From the IMG/VR virus record IMGVR_UViG_3300042564_004185, positions 15,198-79,197 of that record: DNA of 64,000 bases; one strand, 5' to 3'. The stretch is from a virus (taxonomy: Duplodnaviria; Heunggongvirae; Uroviricota; Caudoviricetes). Position numbers and translations under genes: made by a program. The notes beneath the pieces are model-generated. The model was not told the origin of the DNA. It was given only the letters and a program-made list of their open reading frames with translations, and did not search any database. Positions 9,784 through 19,935 of this stretch are shown in pieces. Numbering within the stretch: the first letter of the stretch is position 1; each line of letters starts with the position of its first letter.

Positions 9784-10950
9784 TTACTCCAAACATACTG
9801 GAAAGCTATGATAAAATGGATCTGGTCTATCTTGCGTTTCAATATAGTAATTGATTGTTTGTGATGCTTCTGAGTCATATCCATTAATTTCACTATAGCT
9901 ATCCTGTCCCGGTAATGAAGCGTTGACTATAACTCTTCCTCTACCAAACATTGTTTTCTCGTGAAAATGTCCAAATCTAGCAAAACGAATTAATTGTCCT
10001 ACTTGTTTACTTCTTTTAGAAATATGTGATTCACATGATTTACGAGTAACTCCACCTTTAATAAAATTACCGTGTTCATATAAAACGGCTGAATTATAAA
10101 CACTCAACACATGAAAAACCCCATCAGGAATAATAAAATGTATGTGCTTAAATCCCGCCAATTCACACATTTGTTCAAGCATTTTGTAAATAATCCACGT
10201 AAGGTTTTCTCTACCCGGATCTTGATAAGTTTGATGTTCATCTTCACGGTCATGATTCCCTGTTACACATACTACAGTCATTGGTATTCCAGTTGAAGCA
10301 ACTGGTACAAAATAATCTTCAAATAATGATTTTACCGCATTTACAACCTGCTCACTGTTACCATATTCAGATGCCCTTCTAGATTCTATACCATGAAAGG
10401 TTGCATTTTCAATAATATCTCCACCTAAAAACGTAATTAATTTTTCAATATTATACAATTGTGAATATCTTTCAATTTCCGAAAGAAAAACTTGTCCAAA
10501 CTTTTTCATTCTTCGTTTAGCCACTTCAGTATTGAATGTTTTTGTTTTTTTACCGTAATGTAGATCAGTTAGCATCGCCTCTATTGTCATTTTTCGTTTT
10601 TTCTTATCGATTATAGGCTTGATTACTTGTGGTTTGGTGAATTTTACGTCGTCTAGTAGGTCTTTGATCTCTGATAATAGGTCTTGTCTTTTTTGTAGGT
10701 AGTCTACGACAATTTTATTCTCTTTGAGTACTAGAGATTTTGCCTTTTTAGCTCTATTAGCTTCTTTTAAGCTTTCGACAACGGCATTTGTTTCAAACTC
10801 AAACCCCTCGTAGCGGTAAAATGCTTTTCTTAGAGCATTTGCGCTAAATCCCGGGAAGTCTTCAGTCATTTCTGTCCAAGTTTTCTTGGATTCCTTCCTT
10901 AGTTTTAAAAGTTTAATTATTTCTTCGTCTTGCCAGTGTTTAGATGCCAT
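9784..10950 (-). CDS. calcineurin-like metallophosphoesterase with extra N-terminal domain
   Basis: GGDIIEN, VCVTGNHD and GHFHE phosphoesterase motifs in the C-terminal two-thirds. The first 140 aa are unrelated. Confidence 0.55.
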   Translation of the reverse strand: MASKHWQDEEIIKLLKLRKESKKTWTEMTEDFPGFSANALRKAFYRYEGFEFETNAVVESLKEANRAKKAKSLVLKENKIVVDYLQKRQDLLSEIKDLLDDVKFTKPQVIKPIIDKKKRKMTIEAMLTDLHYGKKTKTFNTEVAKRRMKKFGQVFLSEIERYSQLYNIEKLITFLGGDIIENATFHGIESRRASEYGNSEQVVNAVKSLFEDYFVPVASTGIPMTVVCVTGNHDREDEHQTYQDPGRENLTWIIYKMLEQMCELAGFKHIHFIIPDGVFHVLSVYNSAVLYEHGNFIKGGVTRKSCESHISKRSKQVGQLIRFARFGHFHEKTMFGRGRVIVNASLPGQDSYSEINGYDSEASQTINYYIETQDRPDPFYHSFPVCLE

Positions 10951-11233
10951 TATTTCTCTCCAATCGTTTTAAATGATGATTATAAGTATCTATTAATCTA
11001 GTGTAATCTTCAACAGATGTACAAATTTCATTATAAATCTTATTAATATCATTGTTTTTTTCACAAAACTCAGCGATAGTTTGGGCTGAACTAATCAATG
11101 CGTTTCTTATATTATTTAACTCCACTAAATGAGCTTTTACTCTTTTTAACTTCCTATAATCGCTTAAATTAATCGTCAAACATTCCGATTCCGGCTCTTG
11201 ATCGTTCGTTGAAATTTTTTTCATAATTTTCAA
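10940..11233 (-). CDS. hypothetical protein
   Basis: 97-aa ORF overlapping the neighbouring ends. Confidence 0.3.
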   Translation of the reverse strand: MKIMKKISTNDQEPESECLTINLSDYRKLKRVKAHLVELNNIRNALISSAQTIAEFCEKNNDINKIYNEICTSVEDYTRLIDTYNHHLKRLERNNGI

Positions 11234-12149
11234 TCTCCTTAATCATCTGATCAATCACCGTATTGGGGTCCATCGCATTAATTTCCGATCTAACAATAAC
11301 TTCCTGTAGTTGTGCTGGCGTAAACTTATCACATTTTTTACTTGCGATCTTACCCAGAGCCACTTCATCTAACATCTTATCAACATCGTAGAATTTAATC
11401 AATCTAACTCTCGCCTCTGATGGTGGAAAATCTACTTTTATTTTTTCATCAAATCTTCCCGGTCGATTAGTTAAATTACCCATGAAATTTTCAATGTAGT
11501 TCGTAGTTGCTAGAATAAGGGTTGGGATTTTAAAAGCCTTCTCTTGGTTGTCAAGTAACGCAAGTAGTGAGCTTTCTGATCTCATCCTAGCTTGGTCAAT
11601 TTCAATCCCCCCGATATCTTCAACAACTAATATCATTTTATTTGGACCGATGTAATTAAGATGCTTAATAAAATCTTTAACATCACCCGCTTCTATCTTA
11701 TCTGTATGCCAAACTAAAGTAAAGTATTCTTGATTATCTTTAACAGAGTTGACTGCTTCAGCGATTGCTGTTGTCTTGCCTGTGCCGGGAGGACCATACA
11801 GAAGGATTCCTCTTTTTGGAAATACTTTATGTTTTTCGTATACTGTTAATCTTGAAAAGAAGTTACCGATTTTTTCGAGAATCTCTTTGGTATTAATAAA
11901 GTCTCTTAGCACGTTGTTTTGCATGAATTCTGTTTTTTCTAGTGCAAGTCCCATCGGTGTTTTAACAATTGTATACACACCGGGTTTTGCATCTACCATT
12001 TCCATGCTTTCTTCAGGAGATACGTATTCCATTTGAATGAATTGCCCATCATCGGTCATTGAAGCGAAATCACTTTCTTCAATTCTATCACCCTTACTAA
12101 GTTCTGATAATTTTATTTTAGATGTTACTTTAAAATGACCACGACTCAT
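11169..12149 (-). CDS. classic-clade AAA+ ATPase
   Basis: Walker A GPPGTGKTT, Walker B LVVEDIGG and sensor/arginine-finger RPGRFDE. Confidence 0.65.
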   Translation of the reverse strand: MSRGHFKVTSKIKLSELSKGDRIEESDFASMTDDGQFIQMEYVSPEESMEMVDAKPGVYTIVKTPMGLALEKTEFMQNNVLRDFINTKEILEKIGNFFSRLTVYEKHKVFPKRGILLYGPPGTGKTTAIAEAVNSVKDNQEYFTLVWHTDKIEAGDVKDFIKHLNYIGPNKMILVVEDIGGIEIDQARMRSESSLLALLDNQEKAFKIPTLILATTNYIENFMGNLTNRPGRFDEKIKVDFPPSEARVRLIKFYDVDKMLDEVALGKIASKKCDKFTPAQLQEVIVRSEINAMDPNTVIDQMIKEIENYEKNFNERSRAGIGMFDD

Positions 12150-12198
12150 TTAAATTCCCCTTTTACAGAATATTACAGCTTATTTATTAAATGGTATA

Positions 12199-12594
12199 CT
12201 ATTTATTTTCTTCTTTTTTAGCACCGCATTTAACACAATCGTAAACGGTATTGAATACCAATTGTGTTGCTTTCCACTCGTGTTTACATTTTTTTTCAGT
12301 TAAATCTTTTTCAATTGTATTCCAATCTTTCATCCAGTCAGTTTCCCAATCATCCGAATCAAACCCCATTTGAGTTGCTACATCATATAAGTCATTCATG
12401 TTAAATGACTGATTTGGTGAAGTTGATGACTGATATTTTTTAGATTTGTCTATAGGAACAATTTCAAAATCAGTTCCATTGTAGATGATTTCATAATCTT
12501 CATCATCTTGTGAATATGACATTGAACACGGTTTAATTGAAAATGGATAATTATCATCCAATCTTAATGATACTTTTTTCATTTTACCTGACAT
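12199..12594 (-). CDS. hypothetical protein with C-terminal zinc ribbon
   Basis: CKHEW...CVKCG at the C-terminus. A 42-aa TM mini-ORF may lie just upstream at about 12575..12703. Confidence 0.35.
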   Translation of the reverse strand: MSGKMKKVSLRLDDNYPFSIKPCSMSYSQDDEDYEIIYNGTDFEIVPIDKSKKYQSSTSPNQSFNMNDLYDVATQMGFDSDDWETDWMKDWNTIEKDLTEKKCKHEWKATQLVFNTVYDCVKCGAKKEENK

Positions 12595-12703
12595 GGTTGA
12601 GGTGCATTTAATTTTGCATTAACATGTAGAATTACAAAAGGTAATCCTAGTGTAATTAATAAGTTAACCACTACTAAAGTTATTCTTACTTTCTCATACT
12701 TTG

Positions 12704-14902
12704 TCATAAAGATTCCGTTAATGGTTGGTTTCTTTTTAAACTATAATTAAGACATAATTCTTTGACAGGTATAACTGTCTCGAATATTTTTATTGTATCA
12801 TACAAGTTTTTATACAGTCTAGTAGAATTATATTGACCATCAAATTTTTCTACAAGCCCAAGGCTATCGTCTGGTTTGTAATATACCCAGAATCTGTCTC
12901 CTTCCTGATAATCGGAACCTTCAAGGGCTTCCATTACTTTTGTTTCGTTAGCTCTTTCAGATTCTTGCATCGTGCTGGACAATGTCTTTCTAGCTGCCCA
13001 TCTCTTAATATCGTTTATCTGTTTAATTTCACCTGCATATGATTTGTACAATTTACTAATGTGATGATGTGAAGCATCGTAAAGTAAACAGTCTAGTATC
13101 TTCTTGATGAATTCTTTTAAAGCGGGGGACTTAGTGCTTGCCTTTATTGCTGATCCCTTGGTACTTATTTTTTCACCTTCTCTGTATGCATAGTTCTTAG
13201 CTTTAAACACAACAATACAATCATAGAACGCATCCAATTCGAAATTGATTTCTTCCGGAAGCATACCGTTGATTTCTTTAATTAGATTGTCAACTTCTGT
13301 TTCAGTGAATGGAGTATTATTTTTCCACATCGTAATTGAATCTGTGTCACCTTTAGGTACTTGATATCCTTTTGATTTAGCCCATTCGATTGATTGTAAT
13401 AGGATTTCTCTGCCTCTACGTGTAACTTCAGCAGCACCACCCGGATAATTATAATTAAGCCCAGTTGCTCCCATAAATCCGTACAACGAGTTAATCAGAA
13501 TCTTATAAGATCCGTCCAAGTGTTTGTATTTAGCTTCGCCTGTTTCTTTTGCTAATTTCTTATTCTTTAATCTCTCGCCTCTCATGTATTCCAGAAACCC
13601 TAACATATGACGATTTGGATCTTTATCTTTTGAATACACATCATACTGAAGCATTACAGATGGATATAGTGATGCAATATCCAGAGAGACAGCATTATTG
13701 TAAATGCCCGGTTCACCAAAACTGATCGCCCCTTCAAACTCAACCTTTTCATCTGCCTTAGGTATTGAATGTCTATCCTGTAAATACGATCTGACTAGTA
13801 GTGCGTTTAGTTGTGATCCACTCGCTGATTCAATAATCAATTGGAATGGTTTAGGAATCATTTGTGCCATATAAAAAAAAGGAGGAACCATTAGATCATA
13901 TACAGAGAGTGCATCATCACCATCATCCATACAATATTCTTTGATCTTTTCCCACTCTTCTTTAATTTTATAATTATCTCTAATTTTAGATGCATCGTAA
14001 AAGACCCGATTCTCTTTCGTTAGTCCTTCTTTTTCAATAATATATTTCAATCCATACGAATCATATTTTCTACCAATATCGTATCTATATGCCAAAAACA
14101 TCGTATCGACTATTTGACGACCGTATATATTAGCTTTTTTGTAATGTAGATCTCTAGATCCATCTACTCTGAATTTTGATTCATAATTATTAAAATTTAA
14201 TTCTTTACCTAATCTACCGATTTTAATTCCTTGTACTTGATCGAAATCAGGATCACCATATTCATTCAAGGGTTTGCCTTCTTTAGCCCAAGCTGTTTTA
14301 CGTCGGCAGTAATCTAAGTAAGGTAAGTCATATCCATAGATATTGTGACCTGCAATTATACTTGGATCATTTTCACACACCCATTTAGCCCAAGCATCGA
14401 TCATTTCGTAATCGCTTTGATATTCATCGTAAGAAAATAACTTTCTTATTATCTTACCATTTTTTCTCAATGTGTTTGAAATTAATAAACTTTTTGATGA
14501 TTCGTTATGTTCAAGACCAGTTGCTTCAATATCAAAACACAAGATACTAACTTCGGTATGTTGCATTTCTTTGAAGGAACCGAATCCATCTTTAATCATC
14601 ATTGCTTCGGTTGCATTGCTTATTGAATAAGTGTCGGCATTTTTAAGTGTATCTTTTTTATCTTTAAGCCATTCTTTAATAGTTGGATATTGTTTACCCC
14701 ACTTGTAATGTTGTTCGCCTTGTAACCGGACCCATCCTTTACTATGTGGCTTGTTACTTAGTATCCAATATTTATGAGGGGTATTCACAACGTCAATAGA
14801 ACCATCCTCCAATTCACGGAAGATGGTTGCTACGTCGTCTTTAATTTCAATAGAAACGATTCTAGTTAATTCATTTTTACCATAAATTAATTTATTATTC
14901 AT
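12704..14902 (-). CDS. DNA polymerase, family B, with 3'-5' exonuclease domain
   Basis: Exo I FDIEATG. Motif A DIASLYPS, motif B KILINSLYG, motif C KGDTDS. Confidence 0.85.
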   Translation of the reverse strand: MNNKLIYGKNELTRIVSIEIKDDVATIFRELEDGSIDVVNTPHKYWILSNKPHSKGWVRLQGEQHYKWGKQYPTIKEWLKDKKDTLKNADTYSISNATEAMMIKDGFGSFKEMQHTEVSILCFDIEATGLEHNESSKSLLISNTLRKNGKIIRKLFSYDEYQSDYEMIDAWAKWVCENDPSIIAGHNIYGYDLPYLDYCRRKTAWAKEGKPLNEYGDPDFDQVQGIKIGRLGKELNFNNYESKFRVDGSRDLHYKKANIYGRQIVDTMFLAYRYDIGRKYDSYGLKYIIEKEGLTKENRVFYDASKIRDNYKIKEEWEKIKEYCMDDGDDALSVYDLMVPPFFYMAQMIPKPFQLIIESASGSQLNALLVRSYLQDRHSIPKADEKVEFEGAISFGEPGIYNNAVSLDIASLYPSVMLQYDVYSKDKDPNRHMLGFLEYMRGERLKNKKLAKETGEAKYKHLDGSYKILINSLYGFMGATGLNYNYPGGAAEVTRRGREILLQSIEWAKSKGYQVPKGDTDSITMWKNNTPFTETEVDNLIKEINGMLPEEINFELDAFYDCIVVFKAKNYAYREGEKISTKGSAIKASTKSPALKEFIKKILDCLLYDASHHHISKLYKSYAGEIKQINDIKRWAARKTLSSTMQESERANETKVMEALEGSDYQEGDRFWVYYKPDDSLGLVEKFDGQYNSTRLYKNLYDTIKIFETVIPVKELCLNYSLKRNQPLTESL

Positions 14903-14905
14903 AAT

Positions 14906-16852
14906 TTAATTCCAGTCATCATTACCATTATCGTCTCCATTTTTTAGATCCATAAGACCATGAAGTTCGTCCTTCTCGTGATCTTCAAGATCGAAGATTT
15001 CACCTGTCTTACCATTCCATCCTAACTCAAGTCTATCCAATTCACCAAGATCATTTTTTAATACATTGATAATCATGTATTTATCTAGATCTTTTGTTTT
15101 TGGTGTATAGAAAGGTCTGGACAATCCAATGATACCACGACAAGCTTGGTAGATAAATGAACTACCTTTGATTGCGGTATAACTAGTGATCTCTGTATCT
15201 GGTCCTGAACCTAGTGACATCTTATTTGGTTGATAAAGAGTAATTGCTAGAAGGTCTAGATCAATAATTGCATCTTGAATTTCATTAGCTACTTTCTTGG
15301 ACGCAGCTGTATCATCCGCAACGTCCGAGTTAACTCTTTCAAAATAATCGATTAATAGTAACTTTACTTTCTCACCAGTTGTCTGTTCCACATTCTTAAC
15401 GAATTCTTTGATGTCAGTAAGACTAGCTGCTGTTTTGTCATAAAACCAAACGTTACCGTATTCTTCTTTTACCTTCTTCAGGATATCAGCATACTTACCT
15501 TCTCTAAACGCTTTATACATATCGTCTCTGGAAAGTCCAGTGACGTTGTATACGACCTTTTCGAATAAGCGGTTACGTGACATATCTAGCGATGCGAATA
15601 CGCTAGTGATACCTTGTTTCGAATTGTTCTTTAATATTTTCAATGCGAGTGCTGTCTTCCCAACGCCCGGACCAGCTACTACACCGATGTTAGAACCTAC
15701 TGTCATTGGAATAATTTTATCAAGCTGATCAATACCTGTTTTAATTGTGTTCTTTTCAATTTCTTGAATGAACTTAACGAATCCCGGTGCAATAGCTTCG
15801 ATTGTCTTAGGTGTATCCTCGTCTTCCTTAATATTCAACCCCATCTTGCGAGAATAAATAGCAAGCCAGTTATTGGGATCACGAGTTGTAAATTGTCCAC
15901 CTTTCCAATTAGGTCCATAGACTTGATCAACAATCAGATCAATTTCTTTCTCAGCAAATACATCTTCACCTGTACGTTTAGCTTGGATTTCAGCAACACC
16001 ATTTAGTAGGTTTTTTGTTAGTTCTTGTGGGTAATGTAAATTTTTGTACGTAGCTGCCAAACAAAGCATCGAATGGTTTCTTTCACCGTGTCGGAAAAAT
16101 CCATTTGCTAGTAGCCATCTCGGTTCATCGAAGCCCTTTGGTCTTTGCTTTAAATCAACAGCCGATGTATCAAAAGTTAATTCTTTTTGAATTTTTTCTA
16201 AAGGTTTTTCCACTTCGATCTCTTTTAATTCTTTAGGTAATTCTACTTGTACTAGAGTTCTATTGATTACCCTTCTCGTTTTTGCTTTTTCTTTGATTTC
16301 TTCAATGTCGAGTTCGACGAGTTCGTGTGGTTCAAGCTCGATTTTGTAGAGTCCCGTTTCTTGGTGCTTCGTGTTCGGGATTCTGACAATCCTGTTCGGG
16401 TCATTAACAACTCGGTCGAAGGTACTGAGATCACCTGCGACTTTAAAGACGATAGATTTAAATTGTTCTGGGGTGATTTTGTCGCTGATTCGGACTTCCA
16501 GATTGAATCCTTTTGATCCGGTGAAGAAACAACTAATTGCATCTTCTGAAATTCCATATTCAATAAGACGAGTTGCCGCTTTAACTGCGTCAGTTCTTGC
16601 CAATTCCAAATCACGCTTACTGTCAAAATCAAAATATAGCCTGTCAGTAATAGTATCCCTAATTCCACTTAAAGACCCCTTTTCTTCTAAATGCTTTTTA
16701 TGATTTTCATTGTATTTGAATAAACTGATATACCAATCTTTGTTTGGATTCTTTACGAGCTTATCGATGTTTTCATTTGCTTTGACTAGTAACGGTTTGC
16801 TATTTAATCCTTCTCTCAAGTTGACGTAAAACATATCTTCCTTCTGTTTCAT
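14906..16852 (-). CDS. bifunctional primase (AEP/PrimPol-like) and P-loop helicase
   Basis: N-terminal DFDS acidic primase motif (LYFDFDSKRD). C-terminal Walker A VAGPGVGKT, DnaB/SF4-like. Confidence 0.7.
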   Translation of the reverse strand: MKQKEDMFYVNLREGLNSKPLLVKANENIDKLVKNPNKDWYISLFKYNENHKKHLEEKGSLSGIRDTITDRLYFDFDSKRDLELARTDAVKAATRLIEYGISEDAISCFFTGSKGFNLEVRISDKITPEQFKSIVFKVAGDLSTFDRVVNDPNRIVRIPNTKHQETGLYKIELEPHELVELDIEEIKEKAKTRRVINRTLVQVELPKELKEIEVEKPLEKIQKELTFDTSAVDLKQRPKGFDEPRWLLANGFFRHGERNHSMLCLAATYKNLHYPQELTKNLLNGVAEIQAKRTGEDVFAEKEIDLIVDQVYGPNWKGGQFTTRDPNNWLAIYSRKMGLNIKEDEDTPKTIEAIAPGFVKFIQEIEKNTIKTGIDQLDKIIPMTVGSNIGVVAGPGVGKTALALKILKNNSKQGITSVFASLDMSRNRLFEKVVYNVTGLSRDDMYKAFREGKYADILKKVKEEYGNVWFYDKTAASLTDIKEFVKNVEQTTGEKVKLLLIDYFERVNSDVADDTAASKKVANEIQDAIIDLDLLAITLYQPNKMSLGSGPDTEITSYTAIKGSSFIYQACRGIIGLSRPFYTPKTKDLDKYMIINVLKNDLGELDRLELGWNGKTGEIFDLEDHEKDELHGLMDLKNGDDNGNDDWN

Positions 16853-16861
16853 GTTTGTCTC

Positions 16862-16893
16862 TTTAAAAAAGAGGGTAGCTTTTAACTACCCTC
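16862..16893 (-). terminator. hairpin plus U-run on the minus strand, just before the primase-helicase start
   Basis: Minus-strand read gagggtag-ttaaaag-ctaccctc followed by ttttttaaag. Confidence 0.4.
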
Positions 16894-16922
16894 AGCCCCG
16901 AATTTACCTAGTAAGGAGAGTA

Positions 16923-17189
16923 CTAGGTTCTTGAACGAACAACGTACATTGAGAAACGTACTCGATCTGATTGTTTATTTACTTTAGCAGCAATATCATC
17001 TGCTTTGTCTTGAGATAGTCTACCTTCAGCCACTGAATCCTCCAACTCTTTTAATCGTTGTGCTTTTGATTCTAAGTTTACAAATTCACCTTCTTTCAGT
17101 GTGATCTCTTTATCAATCGCAACGAAGTCTGGTTTACCTTCTGCACCTTTAAGAATTTTACCAAAATAAAATCTACTCTTTTTCGCCAT
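16923..17189 (-). CDS. hypothetical protein
   Basis: 88-aa ORF. Confidence 0.35.
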   Translation of the reverse strand: MAKKSRFYFGKILKGAEGKPDFVAIDKEITLKEGEFVNLESKAQRLKELEDSVAEGRLSQDKADDIAAKVNKQSDRVRFSMYVVRSRT

Positions 17190-17556
17190 TTGCTTCCCCT
17201 TTTTGAATTTCCGCTAGAAATGTTTCTCTCTGTTTATTAAATTCATTCATGATCATTAAGAATTTAGACTCACATAATTTATCTCCTAAATAAGCTAGTT
17301 GTCTAATATCGTTTGTTTCATGATTCGGATCAATGTCACCCTGTAGTATAGGGTATTTCACCATAAATTTTAATATTCTTCTGCAAGCTCCACCACTAAT
17401 ATTTTCAATTCCATCTAAAAAAGGTCCTAGATACATTGAATGAACCATAGCAGCTACTTCAAATGGATCATCTGCTCTGTTTTGAGCTGATTGCTCCACC
17501 GCTTTTTGAGCTTCTTCACCTTCTAATACTTTAGTTTCTTCCATAATTAATTCCAC
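17173..17556 (-). CDS. hypothetical protein
   Basis: 127-aa acidic ORF. Confidence 0.35.
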   Translation of the reverse strand: MELIMEETKVLEGEEAQKAVEQSAQNRADDPFEVAAMVHSMYLGPFLDGIENISGGACRRILKFMVKYPILQGDIDPNHETNDIRQLAYLGDKLCESKFLMIMNEFNKQRETFLAEIQKGEANGEKE

Positions 17557-18044
17557 CCATCGTCTGATTGTGTTGTTTCTTTTTTAACACCAAAACCTGC
17601 CTTCTTAACAGGTTCAGTTGCTTTCTTTTCTGTAACAGGTTCTTCTCTTTTAGTTGCTTTAACATCCACTACTGGAGAGTCAGCAAGGCGTTGTCCCTCG
17701 TCCAAGTCACTTAAGGCAAATTGAGTACCATATCCAAGAATAGCTAGTGCTCTGCCGATTGCTGATGTTTCAGCTTTCTCTGTATGATCTGGGAAATCTT
17801 TCTTTGTCTCCCTCTTTGTTGCCTGTGCTTGACGCAGAACATTTCCTTGTGTATCTTTCACTGTAACATGCGCCTTACAAATTGTTTGGTCATCAGTAAC
17901 TAGAAGAAACTCAGTGCTAATATCAAAATGCTTTTCAATCTCATTAAACCATTGAAGTCTGTGTCCGACCATCAAATAATCTTTACCTTTCAAATTCACT
18001 AAAGGTAGTTCTGTCCCTGCTGGTGTTTTAACTGTCTTAGCCAT
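17547..18044 (-). CDS. Rad52/Sak-like single-strand annealing protein
   Basis: YLMVGHRLQWFNE aligns with the Rad52 YIEGHRVINLANE segment. EKAETSAIGRALAILGYG aligns with Rad52 RKEAVTDGLKRALRSFGN. Confidence 0.55.
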   Translation of the reverse strand: MAKTVKTPAGTELPLVNLKGKDYLMVGHRLQWFNEIEKHFDISTEFLLVTDDQTICKAHVTVKDTQGNVLRQAQATKRETKKDFPDHTEKAETSAIGRALAILGYGTQFALSDLDEGQRLADSPVVDVKATKREEPVTEKKATEPVKKAGFGVKKETTQSDDGWN

Positions 18045-18049
18045 TTTTA

Positions 18050-18364
18050 TTACCCCCTTAATCCTTCAGCTCGTAAGCTTCGATTTAAATGTTTCTTTTT
18101 TAATTTACCAGTTTTTGAGCCAAACTGCAATGCTAATTCTTTTTTAGATTGTTTAAATTCATTTCCATTCTTATTTGTGTGTTGAGCAGTGACATGTACC
18201 TTAAACGGAATCTTGTTATTCTCTGGTCTATTACGATTGATCGCATCGAATTTTCTTCGTTGCTTACGATTAAAAGCAGTCAATACAATTTCATCAATGA
18301 TAGGTGCTTTAATCTTATTGACAGATTCATCTTCGATTACAGCAACGTTTGATTCATTTTCCAT
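18050..18364 (-). CDS. hypothetical basic protein
   Basis: 104-aa ORF. Confidence 0.3.
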   Translation of the reverse strand: MENESNVAVIEDESVNKIKAPIIDEIVLTAFNRKQRRKFDAINRNRPENNKIPFKVHVTAQHTNKNGNEFKQSKKELALQFGSKTGKLKKKHLNRSLRAEGLRG

Positions 18365-18648
18365 TACTTACTCCCTTTTAATTTTTTCACGGTTTGTCTT
18401 AATTCTTTAACACCCAATGCTTCATGTGCAGTTTGAAATAACAAGGTGATTGCAGTTGCTTCATTTATTGTTGAATGAATAATTTCCGGCACACTACAAA
18501 CTCCTTCTGTTGTAAAATTAAATCGAACAACATCAAAAACGATTCTACCATTTTTAATTTGTGGCATAATAGAAACAGCAATATCTTGACGACCACCTAT
18601 ACTAACAGTAGGTTCTTCAACTATGACTTTCTTTTTTTGTTTACTCAT
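18364..18648 (-). CDS. hypothetical protein
   Basis: 94-aa ORF. Confidence 0.35.
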   Translation of the reverse strand: MSKQKKKVIVEEPTVSIGGRQDIAVSIMPQIKNGRIVFDVVRFNFTTEGVCSVPEIIHSTINEATAITLLFQTAHEALGVKELRQTVKKLKGSK

Positions 18649-19746
18649 CTATTCCTCCGGAATGATTATATCATTAATTTTATTTTGATGGCAATAACTA
18701 TAATATGGACAAATCACAGTCCCATTATATTGAATACAGGATTTCCAGTTTCTAGGATAAACTTCAGCCTTTATGCCTCTATTGATTTGATTATAATTTT
18801 CAACAACTTGCTGTTGGAAAAATTCATCAACCTCATTTATTAGAACCTGAACAACCGCTTCTGGATTTATTTTTTCAATCCATTCACCATTACATCTTGC
18901 CCCTTTTACTAAGTTATCACATTTTTTATGTCTACCACCTGAACCGTCGTGCCCACATACTGAACATGTCTTTTCTTTATTTTTTCTAATATTTTTCTGG
19001 AAAACAACAAATCCTGCTGTATTAGTGTCTTGGTATTTGTGTTTTAATGAAAAAACGTATAGGGCTAACTGTGGACTAGTGACAACTGCATTTTCTTCGT
19101 ATGCTCTTGCTGATGTTTTAAAATCAAGGACAATGGGTTTATCATGTCCTTTTACTCTGGCAACCAAGTCTGCAAATCCTAAAATACCATCGCCTTCTTC
19201 ATTTTCAAGATCAACTTTGACTTGGGTCCCTAGAGTTTCAACAACATTTTCGTCAATCCAGTTAATTGCTGAAGATAGCATAAGTCGTCCTTTTTTACGC
19301 ATGCTTAGCCAGTTAACTAGATTAAGTATTTGTTTGTCGTTTTCAGATAATTTTTTAAATCCTACTTGGTCTTTTCTTTGTAGGATGTCGTCGATTGTTG
19401 CCAAAACATCCTTAATGCCGTGAGTTTTAATAATAGTGTCGTAATCGGATTCATTGAGAAGCTCAAGATCAAGGTCATTATTACTATAGATAATCTCTGT
19501 GCAATTGTGTAGTTTTGTGGATTTTCCATTTAACTCTTGTTCTCCCCAGAATTGAATAAATACTTCGTGTGCCTCAACAGCATCTTTATTATGTAAGTAA
19601 TTCTCACACGCCTTATCGATTGCTGTCCCGAACAATAATGCGGCTGATTGCTCCTTCACTCTCCATTTCTTTTTATAATGGAGTTCATAAGCTTTTCCAC
19701 ATTCGCTATATTTATTTACCTGACTATGACTTAATCTTTGTTTCAT
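18649..19746 (-). CDS. Cas4/RecB-family PD-(D/E)xK exonuclease with Cys cluster
   Basis: GFADLV ... LDFKTS (motif II D, motif III DxK) and QLALY (QxxxY). N-terminal Cys plus C-terminal CxxC...C...C suggests an Fe-S cluster as in Cas4/AddB. Confidence 0.6.
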   Translation of the reverse strand: MKQRLSHSQVNKYSECGKAYELHYKKKWRVKEQSAALLFGTAIDKACENYLHNKDAVEAHEVFIQFWGEQELNGKSTKLHNCTEIIYSNNDLDLELLNESDYDTIIKTHGIKDVLATIDDILQRKDQVGFKKLSENDKQILNLVNWLSMRKKGRLMLSSAINWIDENVVETLGTQVKVDLENEEGDGILGFADLVARVKGHDKPIVLDFKTSARAYEENAVVTSPQLALYVFSLKHKYQDTNTAGFVVFQKNIRKNKEKTCSVCGHDGSGGRHKKCDNLVKGARCNGEWIEKINPEAVVQVLINEVDEFFQQQVVENYNQINRGIKAEVYPRNWKSCIQYNGTVICPYYSYCHQNKINDIIIPEE

Positions 19747-19935
19747 ATTGAGTATCCATCGAGATCACCAAATAAATTGAAATATCTTCTAGCATCTCTT
19801 CTAACTTCTTGTTGCCATGATTTAGATTTTGCTAATTTTAAATTATTTCTTTTTTCGGTATCAGACATTAAAGAACGGTTAATTCTTCTTATAAATTCTT
19901 TTTTTGCTTCTTTTACAACCTTGTCTAGAGCGGCT

